Under the pieces are notes generated by a model that saw only the letters and a list, made by a program, of their open reading frames with translations, ran no database searches and was not told the origin of the DNA. A stretch of DNA of 64,000 nt from Clostridiales bacterium (GTDB lineage Bacteria; Bacillota; Clostridia; Lachnospirales; JAQSXR01), in assembly GCA_029256575.1 (NCBI GenBank), contig JAQSXR010000006.1, positions 10,202 through 74,201 of the forward strand. The letters run 5' to 3'. Within the stretch, counting starts at the first letter, position 1; every line of letters starts with the position of its first letter. Shown here one piece after another: positions 47,158-56,291 of the stretch. The translations under genes and the position numbers were made by a program.

Positions 47158-49233
47158 TTATCTTCTTCTCTTCTTAATCAAAAGCCCTAATAAAATCCCA
47201 GATGCAATTGCTCCCACTCCTAAAGCGGTTAGTTTTGCTTTTTTATTCATTTGCATTTTAACTTGTTGTTCTTTTACCAAAACCATTGCAGAAATAGGAG
47301 CAACATATACTTTTCCATTCGTTACAGTTGCTAATGGTGTAACTCCTGCAAAATCTTCGTTAATATAAGCTGTCCAGCGTCCTGATGGCAAAGTAAATTC
47401 TTTTGCCACTGTATTAGGATTATAAATTACTATAATGCTATCTGCTGTTTCATCCTTCATCTTTGCATCGATCGTAAATGCTACCGTTTTAGCTGGAACA
47501 TTATTTAGAAATCTTATTCTTTCTTGCACATCTGTTGCAGATTCCATTCTAAGAGCTGGATGAGCTTTTCTAAAAGCAATTAATCCCTTGTAGTAATTAA
47601 ATATTGAAATATTGCTATATTTTTCGTCCCATTTAATGCTATTAATTGAATCAGGTGAAACATAGCTATTCTCATCAAACTTAGTTCTTGATTCATCTAC
47701 TGGTTTTGATCTTAACATTTCTTCTCCAGCTTGCATAAATGGTATCCCTTGTGATGTTAATACTATAGCTGCAGATAACTTAGTCATTTTAACTCTATCT
47801 TCATAGCTCGACTCAGGTGTTGAAATATTTAATTTATCCCACAAAGTTAAGTTATCATGTGCAGAAACATAATTTACAGCTTGAGAAGGCTCTTTTGCCC
47901 AAGGTCTATCCGAATACTTAACCTTAGAGTAATCGATTTGATCATGTGCGATTGCTCCTACTACTCCAAACTTGATTGATTCAACTAAATCCTTTTCACC
48001 TGAAACAAATCCCTTTTCATCTTCATAAAAAACATGTCCTTTTACTGCATCTCTCATATCATCACTAAATGCAGCAATACCAGGCATTAAGTAAGTATTT
48101 GATTTTACAGCTCTGAGATGTTCAGGAAGTGGAGAGTCTCCACCTGTCCATCCTTCCCCATACAATATAATTGAAGGATCAACTTTATCAAGAGCTTTTC
48201 TGATTCCATTCATAGTTTCTATATCATGAATACCCATTAAGTCAAAACGAAATCCGTCTACTTTATATTCTGTAGCCCAGTAAACCAATGAATCCGTGAT
48301 CATTTTTCTAACCATAAGTCTTTCTGATGCAGTTTCATTTCCACAAGCAGAAGCATCCGTAAAAATACCGTTCTTCGTTCTATAATAGTAGTTTGGTACT
48401 GTCTTATTAAAATCTGAATCAAGTGCTGTAAATGTATGATTATATACCACATCCATTACTACTCTTATACCATTTTTATGAAGTCCTTGAACCATTTTCT
48501 TGAACTCTTTTACTCTTACTGCACCATTCGTTGGATCCGTTGAGTAGGAGCCTTCTGGAATATTATAATTTTGTGGATCATAACCCCAATTAAATTTATT
48601 TTCTTCTAATTTTGATTCATCAATTGTTTTAAAATCAAAAGAAGGTAGTAGATGTAAGTGTGTTATCCCTAATTCTTTTATATGATCAATACCTGTTTTT
48701 TGCCCATAACTATTTGTTGTTCCCTCTTCAATAATCCCTAAAAATTTACCTTTATTTATGATGTCAGAGCTTTTATCCATTGACATGTCTCTTACATGTA
48801 ATTCATACAATACTGCATCTGTCATTTTAACAAAAGGAGGTTTTACATCATTTTGCCAAGAATCCGGATTTGTGGATAATAGATCAATTACCATTGTTCT
48901 TTTCCCATTTACACCAGACGTTCTTCCGTATATATCAGCTGCCTCATTTGATTTACCTTCAACTGTTACTAAATAAGTATAGTATACACCGTTTAAATCT
49001 TTATTTACTTCCGCAACCCATGTACCTTTTACATCTTGCTCCATTGATACTATTTCAATAAGGTTGTTTCCTGAACCTTCTTTATATAAATTTAATGAAA
49101 CTTCAGTTGCAGTAGGTGCCCAAACTCTAAATTTTGTTTTTTCTTTTGTATATATAGATCCTAGATCATTTCCATCATAATAATACTTCTTATTGAATTC
49201 TTCACTTGAAAATATTTCTTCTTGTAGTAGCAT
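47158..49233 (-). CDS. Type I pullulanase (CBM48 + GH13) lacking a signal peptide but retaining a C-terminal TM anchor
   Basis: Start at ATG 49233, after AAGAGG plus 8 nt. Motifs VMDVVYNHT, DGFRFDLMG, YGEGW and YVSAHDN. C-terminus LGVGAIASGILLGLLIKKRRR. Confidence 0.85.
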   Translation of the reverse strand: MLLQEEIFSSEEFNKKYYYDGNDLGSIYTKEKTKFRVWAPTATEVSLNLYKEGSGNNLIEIVSMEQDVKGTWVAEVNKDLNGVYYTYLVTVEGKSNEAADIYGRTSGVNGKRTMVIDLLSTNPDSWQNDVKPPFVKMTDAVLYELHVRDMSMDKSSDIINKGKFLGIIEEGTTNSYGQKTGIDHIKELGITHLHLLPSFDFKTIDESKLEENKFNWGYDPQNYNIPEGSYSTDPTNGAVRVKEFKKMVQGLHKNGIRVVMDVVYNHTFTALDSDFNKTVPNYYYRTKNGIFTDASACGNETASERLMVRKMITDSLVYWATEYKVDGFRFDLMGIHDIETMNGIRKALDKVDPSIILYGEGWTGGDSPLPEHLRAVKSNTYLMPGIAAFSDDMRDAVKGHVFYEDEKGFVSGEKDLVESIKFGVVGAIAHDQIDYSKVKYSDRPWAKEPSQAVNYVSAHDNLTLWDKLNISTPESSYEDRVKMTKLSAAIVLTSQGIPFMQAGEEMLRSKPVDESRTKFDENSYVSPDSINSIKWDEKYSNISIFNYYKGLIAFRKAHPALRMESATDVQERIRFLNNVPAKTVAFTIDAKMKDETADSIIVIYNPNTVAKEFTLPSGRWTAYINEDFAGVTPLATVTNGKVYVAPISAMVLVKEQQVKMQMNKKAKLTALGVGAIASGILLGLLIKKRRR

Positions 49234-49373
49234 TTTATTTACCTCTTTCTTCTTATAGTACAGGGATGCCTCAAAATAGCATATGTATATATCCTGCCAT
49301 TCTTGGCTTGAATACATCAAGTTATCTTGAGACATCCCTTCTTAAATATTTAGTTATTATTTTTTAGTTATTA

Positions 49374-52300
49374 TTATTTTTTTATATTCTTTCTCTTTTT
49401 AACAATTACAAAGCTTGCTACAGCTACTATTAATAATGCTGCTCCAATCGCAATGTAAATTACCATATTATTATCAGACACTGATTCTGAACCTTCTTGA
49501 ACTAAAACTAATGAAGATATTGGATTAACGGTAGCTTTTCCATCTTTTATCGTTTCAATTATTTCTGTTCCAGCTTTTTCACCATTAATATACACATTCC
49601 AAGTTCCCTCTGGTAAGTCTAACGTAGTAGCTTCCTTATTTGGATTAAGTATAACCATGATTGATTTTGCTTTTTCTTTATTAGGGCTATTATCAATTGT
49701 ATATGCGATAACATTTTCATCTAAACCATCAATAAATGTTAAGTTATTTTGTACATCTTCTGTTGTTGTCATTCTCAAAGCGGAATGAGCTTTTCTAAAT
49801 GCTATAAGTCCTTTGTAGTAATTATATACATCGATATTATCCGTCTTAGTATCCCATTTTATACTGTTTGTAGAATCTGGTGATACATAACTATTTTCAT
49901 CGAATTTTCCTTCTGTTACACTACTTGGTTTTGATCTTAAGATTTCTTCGCCTGCTTGGAAGAATGGAATACCTTGTGATGTCATAACAACTGCAGTCGC
50001 AAGTTTATTCATCTTAATTCTATCTTCAACTGAATCATTTGGATTTGAAACAGCAAATTTATCCCATAATGCTAGGTTATCATGTGCTGAAACATAGTTA
50101 ATTGATTGTCCTGGTGCATCTGCCCATGGACTAGTTGAAGATGCTAATGGATATAGTATTTGATTATGAGATGTAGAACCTACGATACCAAATTTAATTG
50201 ATTCAACTTTACCTTGAGCGCCACTTACATAGCCTGGTTCTGTTGATGTAAATACGTGTCCTTTTAGTCCATCTCTAATATCATCACTAAACGCAGCAAT
50301 TCCTGGCATTAACCAAGTGTTAATCTTGATAGCTGCTTCAGATGCTTTAAGAGGAGATGATCCTCCTGTCCAACCTTCACCATAAATAATGATACTTGGA
50401 TCAATTTCATCTAATGCTGCTCTAACAGCCTTCATTGTTTCAATATCGTGTAATCCCATTAAGTCAAATCTAAAACCGTCTACTTTATATTCTGTCGCCC
50501 AGTAAACAACTGATTCAACAATAAATTTTCTAACCATTGCTCTTTCTGAAGCTGTTTCATTACCACATCCTGAACCATTTGAGAATTTTCCATCAATCGT
50601 TCTATAATAGTAATTTGGTACAATTTTATTAAAATCAGAATCTGCGCTTAAACTTGTATGATTATATACAACGTCCATAACTACTCTAATTTCATTTTCA
50701 TGAAGTGTTTGCACCATTTGTTTAAATTCATTTACTCTTACTTCCCCTTTTGTAGGGTCTGTTGAATAAGAACCTTCTGGTACATTGTAGTGTTGAGGAT
50801 CATATCCCCAGTTAAATTGGTTTTTATCTAATCTTGTTTCATCTACTGTTCTATAATCAAATGAAGGTAATAAGTGTAAATGTGTTATTCCTAAATCTTT
50901 CATATGATCTAATCCAGTAGCAAGTCCGGATGCATTTTTTGTTCCTGTTTCCGTAAGCCCTAGGAATTTACCAACGTTTTGTATTCCAGAACTTGCATCT
51001 GATGATAAGTCTCTTACATGAAGTTCGTAAATAACAGCGTCTGTATCATTAATAAATTCAGGTCTGTCTACTTTATCCCAACCTTCAGGATCTGTTTCAT
51101 CAAGATTAATTACCATCGCTCTTTTACCATTTGCTCCTGTAGTTCTAGCATATGGATCTACTGCTTCATTTTCTTTTCCATCAACACTTACTGTATATGT
51201 ATAGTAAACACCATTTAAATCTTCATTCACAGAAGTAATCCAAGTTCCTTTTACATCTGCTGTCATATCAATAGTTTTGATTAAGTTTTCACCTAGACCT
51301 TCACTATAAAGATTTAATTTTATTGCAGTTGCTGTAGGTGCCCATAATCTAAAGTCTGTTTTCTCCTTTGAGTAGGTAGCTCCTAAATCTTTTCCATCAT
51401 ATGTAAACTTCTCGCTAAAATCTGCGCTTCCAAAAACATCACCCATAGAAACAAATTTTTCTCCATATCCTTCTTTGGATATGATATATTGTTTAATTAG
51501 GTCTAACTCTTCTTCCATAATAAGAGTACCATTTGAAGTTAATCCAGCTTTTGTTGTTGTAATCGCTTTGATTTTATACTCTTTACCTGCTGTATCAACA
51601 ATCTTCATATCATCTTTAGCTGTTTGGCTACTAATGTCGAATGGCATTGTTACTTGAAAATCAATTTTTGTTGCACTACTTATTCCTGCTTTTAGGAAAA
51701 TCGGTGACAAATCAATCTCATCTCTACTAAAATATACATTGCTATCGCTTTCAAGTAAGTAAATCTCTACTACTCCATTATTTGCATTTGCAATATCTAC
51801 AAAACGGTCTGAATCACCATCTTTTAATTCCCATTCATTTAACCTTACTATAAATCCGAACTTTGCAACATCCTCTGTATTTGGTAGTGCAAAAGCTGCA
51901 ACTGCACCAAATTCATCCGTTCCGTTAAATGGATATGCTGCTCCTTCTTTGGTATCTGGCCAAGTCCAAACATTCCATCCGTCATATACACCATCATATC
52001 TATGGTAATGTATCTTAACTTGTAAACCCTCTCCTGTTATCTCAGGAACATTTGCCGAATCATCTGCTACTGGTGTTTCAATTTTTGAAACGTCATACGC
52101 TGTCGCTCCAGCTGGTGCTGCTGTCATTACCTCAGTATTGTCACTTTGTAACCAAACTTCAGCAAAACCATCTTTCACTTCAATAAATCTATCGTCACCA
52201 ATATCTTTTGCTTCCCAGTCGTTTAATCTAACAATAAAGCCTAGCTTAGCAACATCACTATTTGTTTTATATATTGCTACTTTGCCGTAATCATCATCTT

Positions 52301-52502
52301 CTGTGAATTTTACAGCTTTGCCATCTTTACCATCCTCCCATGCCCATAAGTTCCAGCCATCATAAGCTTTATCAGCTCTTTGATAGTGAATAATTATTGT
52401 TGCTCCGGCTGCCTGTGTCTTAATTGTTGCAAAAGGAGAAATTGCAAAAATTGAAACTACCATTACTAAACTCATTAGTAATGCATAAATACGTTTTTTC
52501 AT
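49374..52502 (-). CDS. Extracellular type I pullulanase (signal peptide, 2x CBM41-like, CBM48, GH13, C-terminal TM anchor)
   Basis: 1042 aa. Signal peptide MKKRIYALLMSLVMVVSIFAISPFATIKTQA. Duplicated HY.R.D..YDGWN.W.W modules. The GH13 regions match those of the paralog. Confidence 0.9.
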   Translation of the reverse strand: MKKRIYALLMSLVMVVSIFAISPFATIKTQAAGATIIIHYQRADKAYDGWNLWAWEDGKDGKAVKFTEDDDYGKVAIYKTNSDVAKLGFIVRLNDWEAKDIGDDRFIEVKDGFAEVWLQSDNTEVMTAAPAGATAYDVSKIETPVADDSANVPEITGEGLQVKIHYHRYDGVYDGWNVWTWPDTKEGAAYPFNGTDEFGAVAAFALPNTEDVAKFGFIVRLNEWELKDGDSDRFVDIANANNGVVEIYLLESDSNVYFSRDEIDLSPIFLKAGISSATKIDFQVTMPFDISSQTAKDDMKIVDTAGKEYKIKAITTTKAGLTSNGTLIMEEELDLIKQYIISKEGYGEKFVSMGDVFGSADFSEKFTYDGKDLGATYSKEKTDFRLWAPTATAIKLNLYSEGLGENLIKTIDMTADVKGTWITSVNEDLNGVYYTYTVSVDGKENEAVDPYARTTGANGKRAMVINLDETDPEGWDKVDRPEFINDTDAVIYELHVRDLSSDASSGIQNVGKFLGLTETGTKNASGLATGLDHMKDLGITHLHLLPSFDYRTVDETRLDKNQFNWGYDPQHYNVPEGSYSTDPTKGEVRVNEFKQMVQTLHENEIRVVMDVVYNHTSLSADSDFNKIVPNYYYRTIDGKFSNGSGCGNETASERAMVRKFIVESVVYWATEYKVDGFRFDLMGLHDIETMKAVRAALDEIDPSIIIYGEGWTGGSSPLKASEAAIKINTWLMPGIAAFSDDIRDGLKGHVFTSTEPGYVSGAQGKVESIKFGIVGSTSHNQILYPLASSTSPWADAPGQSINYVSAHDNLALWDKFAVSNPNDSVEDRIKMNKLATAVVMTSQGIPFFQAGEEILRSKPSSVTEGKFDENSYVSPDSTNSIKWDTKTDNIDVYNYYKGLIAFRKAHSALRMTTTEDVQNNLTFIDGLDENVIAYTIDNSPNKEKAKSIMVILNPNKEATTLDLPEGTWNVYINGEKAGTEIIETIKDGKATVNPISSLVLVQEGSESVSDNNMVIYIAIGAALLIVAVASFVIVKKRKNIKK

Positions 52503-52580
52503 AAGTTACCCCCTATAGGAATGCTATTTTTTATTAACTTGTACATTATAGCATAAGAACTTGTACATTAATAGCATTTT

Positions 52581-55500
52581 TTATGCACTTGTTACAATTT
52601 CTTCTTTTAAATATGTGGAATATATTACAGTTTTCACTACTTTTTTCACTGTAATTTGTTCGAGTGCCATCTTATAATATCTTAATTGATTACTGTATCG
52701 ATTCAAAATCTCATCTCTAGATGCCTTATCCGTTTTGTAATCAACGATTACCAATTCCCCATTTTCTTCATAATAAGCATCAATTACTCCTTGTATCATT
52801 GTCAATTCCTCGCTCTTCGAAGACTCAAAAATTTCCTTCGCCGAAATACCTAATACAAATGGGCGTTCTTTGAATAATTTTCTATCATCACAAGCCTTTT
52901 GCATATTCTTTGCTAGATCTGTATTGTGAAAGTTAACAAATATATCTGGTTTTACACTACTAGCTTCTTCGGCTGTAAAGAAGCCTTGCCTACATAATTC
53001 AGCAATTTCGTTTGCAACACTTTCTTCTGATATCATCTTATCGATTGGTATTTTCTCAAATAGTTTATGAATAACAGTTCCATAACGGGTGTTTTCTACC
53101 TTTGTTTTCTCTTGTCTAAATCGAGGTATCGTATGCTTTTCTTCCTTCATTTTTGTATCTTCTTTAAAAGCTTCTACTATTTGATCCGATTCCTCTGCAT
53201 TTTCACCCAGTCGTTTTAATTCCGTTACCGTTACTTTAATACTCGTGCTTACTTCATCTTTATATTCATATTCCCAATTTAATGCCTCATCAATCTTGTT
53301 TTTAATTTCTTTATTAAACACTAAATTCTTATCCCAGTTAATTAGCTCATTCATAATAGCAGTATTCTCTATTTCCTTCGCTGCAGCTAAAACGATTAAA
53401 TCGTCAGCATTAATAATTCGTATATCAATCGGAACATTATCAAATTGATTACAGCTATTATTGTCTATATCGATTTCATATTCATTTAGAATATGAGCAA
53501 AACATTTATTTCTTATTAGGCTCGGAACAATCCAATCCAAATATGTTCTTGAGCTACTTAATCCACTAAATGATAATTTAATTTCAGAACTCATACATGC
53601 AGTCACACTTTTCTTTATTAACATTTCCGCAGATGGAGTATATCCAGTGATAATAAGTTTTTCCTTTGCTCTTGTCAGGGCAACGTATAGGATTCTTAAT
53701 TCCTCCCCTAAATTTTCTAACATAATTTTTTTGGATATTATTCTCTTGAAAATCGTTGGAGACTTTAGACGTTTCTTCGGATCAATCAGGTCTACCCCTA
53801 AGCCAAAATCAGGATGAACTAACGTTTTATCCCTTGCATCTAAATTATTAAATTGTTTACCCATTCCTGCAACAATAACAAGTGGAAATTCAAGTCCTTT
53901 ACTCTTATGAATTGACATTAATCGAACTGTATTATCTTTTTCCGTAATGGTTGATGCTTCACCAAAATCAATTTCATATTTTTTAATCTTTTCTATATAT
54001 TTAATAAATTTAAATAACCCCTTAAAGCCTGTGTTTTCATATCCAATTGCTTTCGAAATAAGCATATCTATATTTGCTTTTCTTTGTAAGCCTGCTGGCA
54101 TAGCAGTTGCATACTCGTAGTACCCTGTCTCATCAAGAATGTAATATATTAGCTCATGAATTGAAAGATAAGTAGATTTTTCCCTGAATTTATTTAGTTG
54201 CTCAATAAACTTATTAACTTTAATTATTGTGTCGTTTTTTTCATCTAAATCGGAATATTTGATTAGTGCATCGTATAGGCTTGCTGTCCGATCTGCCAAC
54301 TTAATAATTGCAAGTTCTTCTGTCGTCAAGTCTATTATTGGTGAATGTAATACTGCGCAAAGGGGTATATCTTGTCGTGGATTGTCAATAATAGTTAAGT
54401 AACTTAGTATCGTCCTTATTTCTACAGTAGAAAAATATCCCGCTGATGTATCTGCATACGCCGGGATTCCCTCCTCTGATAGTACATCAACAAAAGTTTC
54501 CGTCCATCCAGATATACTTCTAAGCAAAATTACAATATCATTATAACGTGCTGGTCTATATTCTTTTGTTATTGAATCTACAACTAAATATGGTTTATCA
54601 TTATTAATTAATTCATTTATCTTCTTTGCAATGGCCCTTGCCTCTAATTCTTTACTCGTAGCCTCTTCTTCGTCCTCATCAAAGTTTGTCTGTTTATCTT
54701 CTTCATTCTCTTCTACTACCCTTTTCTCAACCAGGATTAATTCAACATTTCTATTTGTGGTTGATTCTTCTAAGAATTCAGCTCCAACATTCAGGGCAAC
54801 ATTATCATTATATTCAATGTCTCCTAATTCGCTCCTCATAATTTGTAAAAATATAAAATTAGTAACATTCAATACTTCTTGTCTACTTCTGAAATTCTTG
54901 TGTAATTCAATTCTTTGATATTTGGATTCATCTTGTGAATAGGTGTTATATTTATCAATAAATAATTCTGGCCTTGCTAATCTGAATTTGTAAATACTTT
55001 GTTTCACATCTCCAACCATAAATATATTTGGTTCACCTAGCACAGCTCTTGATATGCTGGTAAGTATGGTATCTTGAATCAAGTTACTATCTTGGTATTC
55101 ATCTATCATAATCTCAACATAATGATCTCGCAATTCCTTCGCAACAATGTTTGGAATATATTCACCTGTAATTTCATCTTTTCCTACCAAAATTTCTAAA
55201 GCAAAGTGTTCTAAATCCCCAAAATCAAGCAGATTTTTTTCTCTTTTCGTTTTTGCAAAACGCTCTTGGAATTGAATCGTTATTTCTACCATTGTAGAAA
55301 TAATTGATCTTAGCTTAATGATGTCTTCTAGAATGTCTTTAGGATCCTGAAATAAGAGATCGCTTATTATTTTGTTTATATTTTCTTTTGCAGAATTTCT
55401 AAGCGACTTTATCATTTCTTTTACTTCTTTGTCTACATTATCTTTTTTCCTCGATAACGCTTCATAAGAGATGTTATTTAGTGCACGATACAAGTCAGCA

Positions 55501-56291
55501 AAAGATTTGCTGTTTTCTATAGCATTGATATTTTCTAAATCACTTTGAATCGCCGCAAAATAGGAGCAGTCTTCTTTGCAAATTTCAGTCGCACCAATTA
55601 ATATCTTCTTGGTATCCGATATAATTGTCCTAATATAATTCACAATAAATTCAATATGTGGAAGCTTATTTATATCCTCAATTGTCTTGATCTCATAAAA
55701 CTTCTTACAGCTTTCCAACCACTCCTTAGGGTATGGATAACTTTGTGAGAAATTATTTAATTTTAGAATAAGCTCTTCTATTTGATTATCTGTTTTTCCA
55801 GTTGAGTAGCATTCAACAAAATCAATAAAAGCTTCATCCGCTTGATTATACTTTTCTTCCAGAATATCTTGTAATATTTCTGTTTTGATTAAAACTAACT
55901 CATTTTCATCCGCTATTTTAAAAGCTGGGTCTAAATCTATGTCATTATAATGCCCTTTAATTATGTCTAAGCAAAAGCTATGAATAGTAGTTATTTGTGC
56001 TTTATGAATTAATGCTAATTGTTTTTGAAGATGAACATTGTCAGGATTATGAATGACCTCTTTCTCAATTGCATTTCCAATTCTTTCTCTCATCTCTGAT
56101 GCGGCAGCATTTGTAAAAGTAACTATAAGAAACTTATCGATATCAATAGGATTACTGGTATCAAGAATCATATGAATAATTCTCTCTACTAATACTGCTG
56201 TTTTACCAGAACCTGCCGCAGCCGCTACTAACAAATTTCTATTCCTTGCATCGATAACGTTTTGTTGTTCTTTAGTCCACATGCGCCTCAC
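52581..56291 (-). CDS. addA: ATP-dependent helicase/nuclease subunit A
   Basis: 1236 aa. UvrD-like Walker A AAAGSGKTAVL. C-terminal RecB-family nuclease motif (GVIDAYY...IVDYKT). Confidence 0.9.
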   Translation of the reverse strand: MRRMWTKEQQNVIDARNRNLLVAAAAGSGKTAVLVERIIHMILDTSNPIDIDKFLIVTFTNAAASEMRERIGNAIEKEVIHNPDNVHLQKQLALIHKAQITTIHSFCLDIIKGHYNDIDLDPAFKIADENELVLIKTEILQDILEEKYNQADEAFIDFVECYSTGKTDNQIEELILKLNNFSQSYPYPKEWLESCKKFYEIKTIEDINKLPHIEFIVNYIRTIISDTKKILIGATEICKEDCSYFAAIQSDLENINAIENSKSFADLYRALNNISYEALSRKKDNVDKEVKEMIKSLRNSAKENINKIISDLLFQDPKDILEDIIKLRSIISTMVEITIQFQERFAKTKREKNLLDFGDLEHFALEILVGKDEITGEYIPNIVAKELRDHYVEIMIDEYQDSNLIQDTILTSISRAVLGEPNIFMVGDVKQSIYKFRLARPELFIDKYNTYSQDESKYQRIELHKNFRSRQEVLNVTNFIFLQIMRSELGDIEYNDNVALNVGAEFLEESTTNRNVELILVEKRVVEENEEDKQTNFDEDEEEATSKELEARAIAKKINELINNDKPYLVVDSITKEYRPARYNDIVILLRSISGWTETFVDVLSEEGIPAYADTSAGYFSTVEIRTILSYLTIIDNPRQDIPLCAVLHSPIIDLTTEELAIIKLADRTASLYDALIKYSDLDEKNDTIIKVNKFIEQLNKFREKSTYLSIHELIYYILDETGYYEYATAMPAGLQRKANIDMLISKAIGYENTGFKGLFKFIKYIEKIKKYEIDFGEASTITEKDNTVRLMSIHKSKGLEFPLVIVAGMGKQFNNLDARDKTLVHPDFGLGVDLIDPKKRLKSPTIFKRIISKKIMLENLGEELRILYVALTRAKEKLIITGYTPSAEMLIKKSVTACMSSEIKLSFSGLSSSRTYLDWIVPSLIRNKCFAHILNEYEIDIDNNSCNQFDNVPIDIRIINADDLIVLAAAKEIENTAIMNELINWDKNLVFNKEIKNKIDEALNWEYEYKDEVSTSIKVTVTELKRLGENAEESDQIVEAFKEDTKMKEEKHTIPRFRQEKTKVENTRYGTVIHKLFEKIPIDKMISEESVANEIAELCRQGFFTAEEASSVKPDIFVNFHNTDLAKNMQKACDDRKLFKERPFVLGISAKEIFESSKSEELTMIQGVIDAYYEENGELVIVDYKTDKASRDEILNRYSNQLRYYKMALEQITVKKVVKTVIYSTYLKEEIVTSA

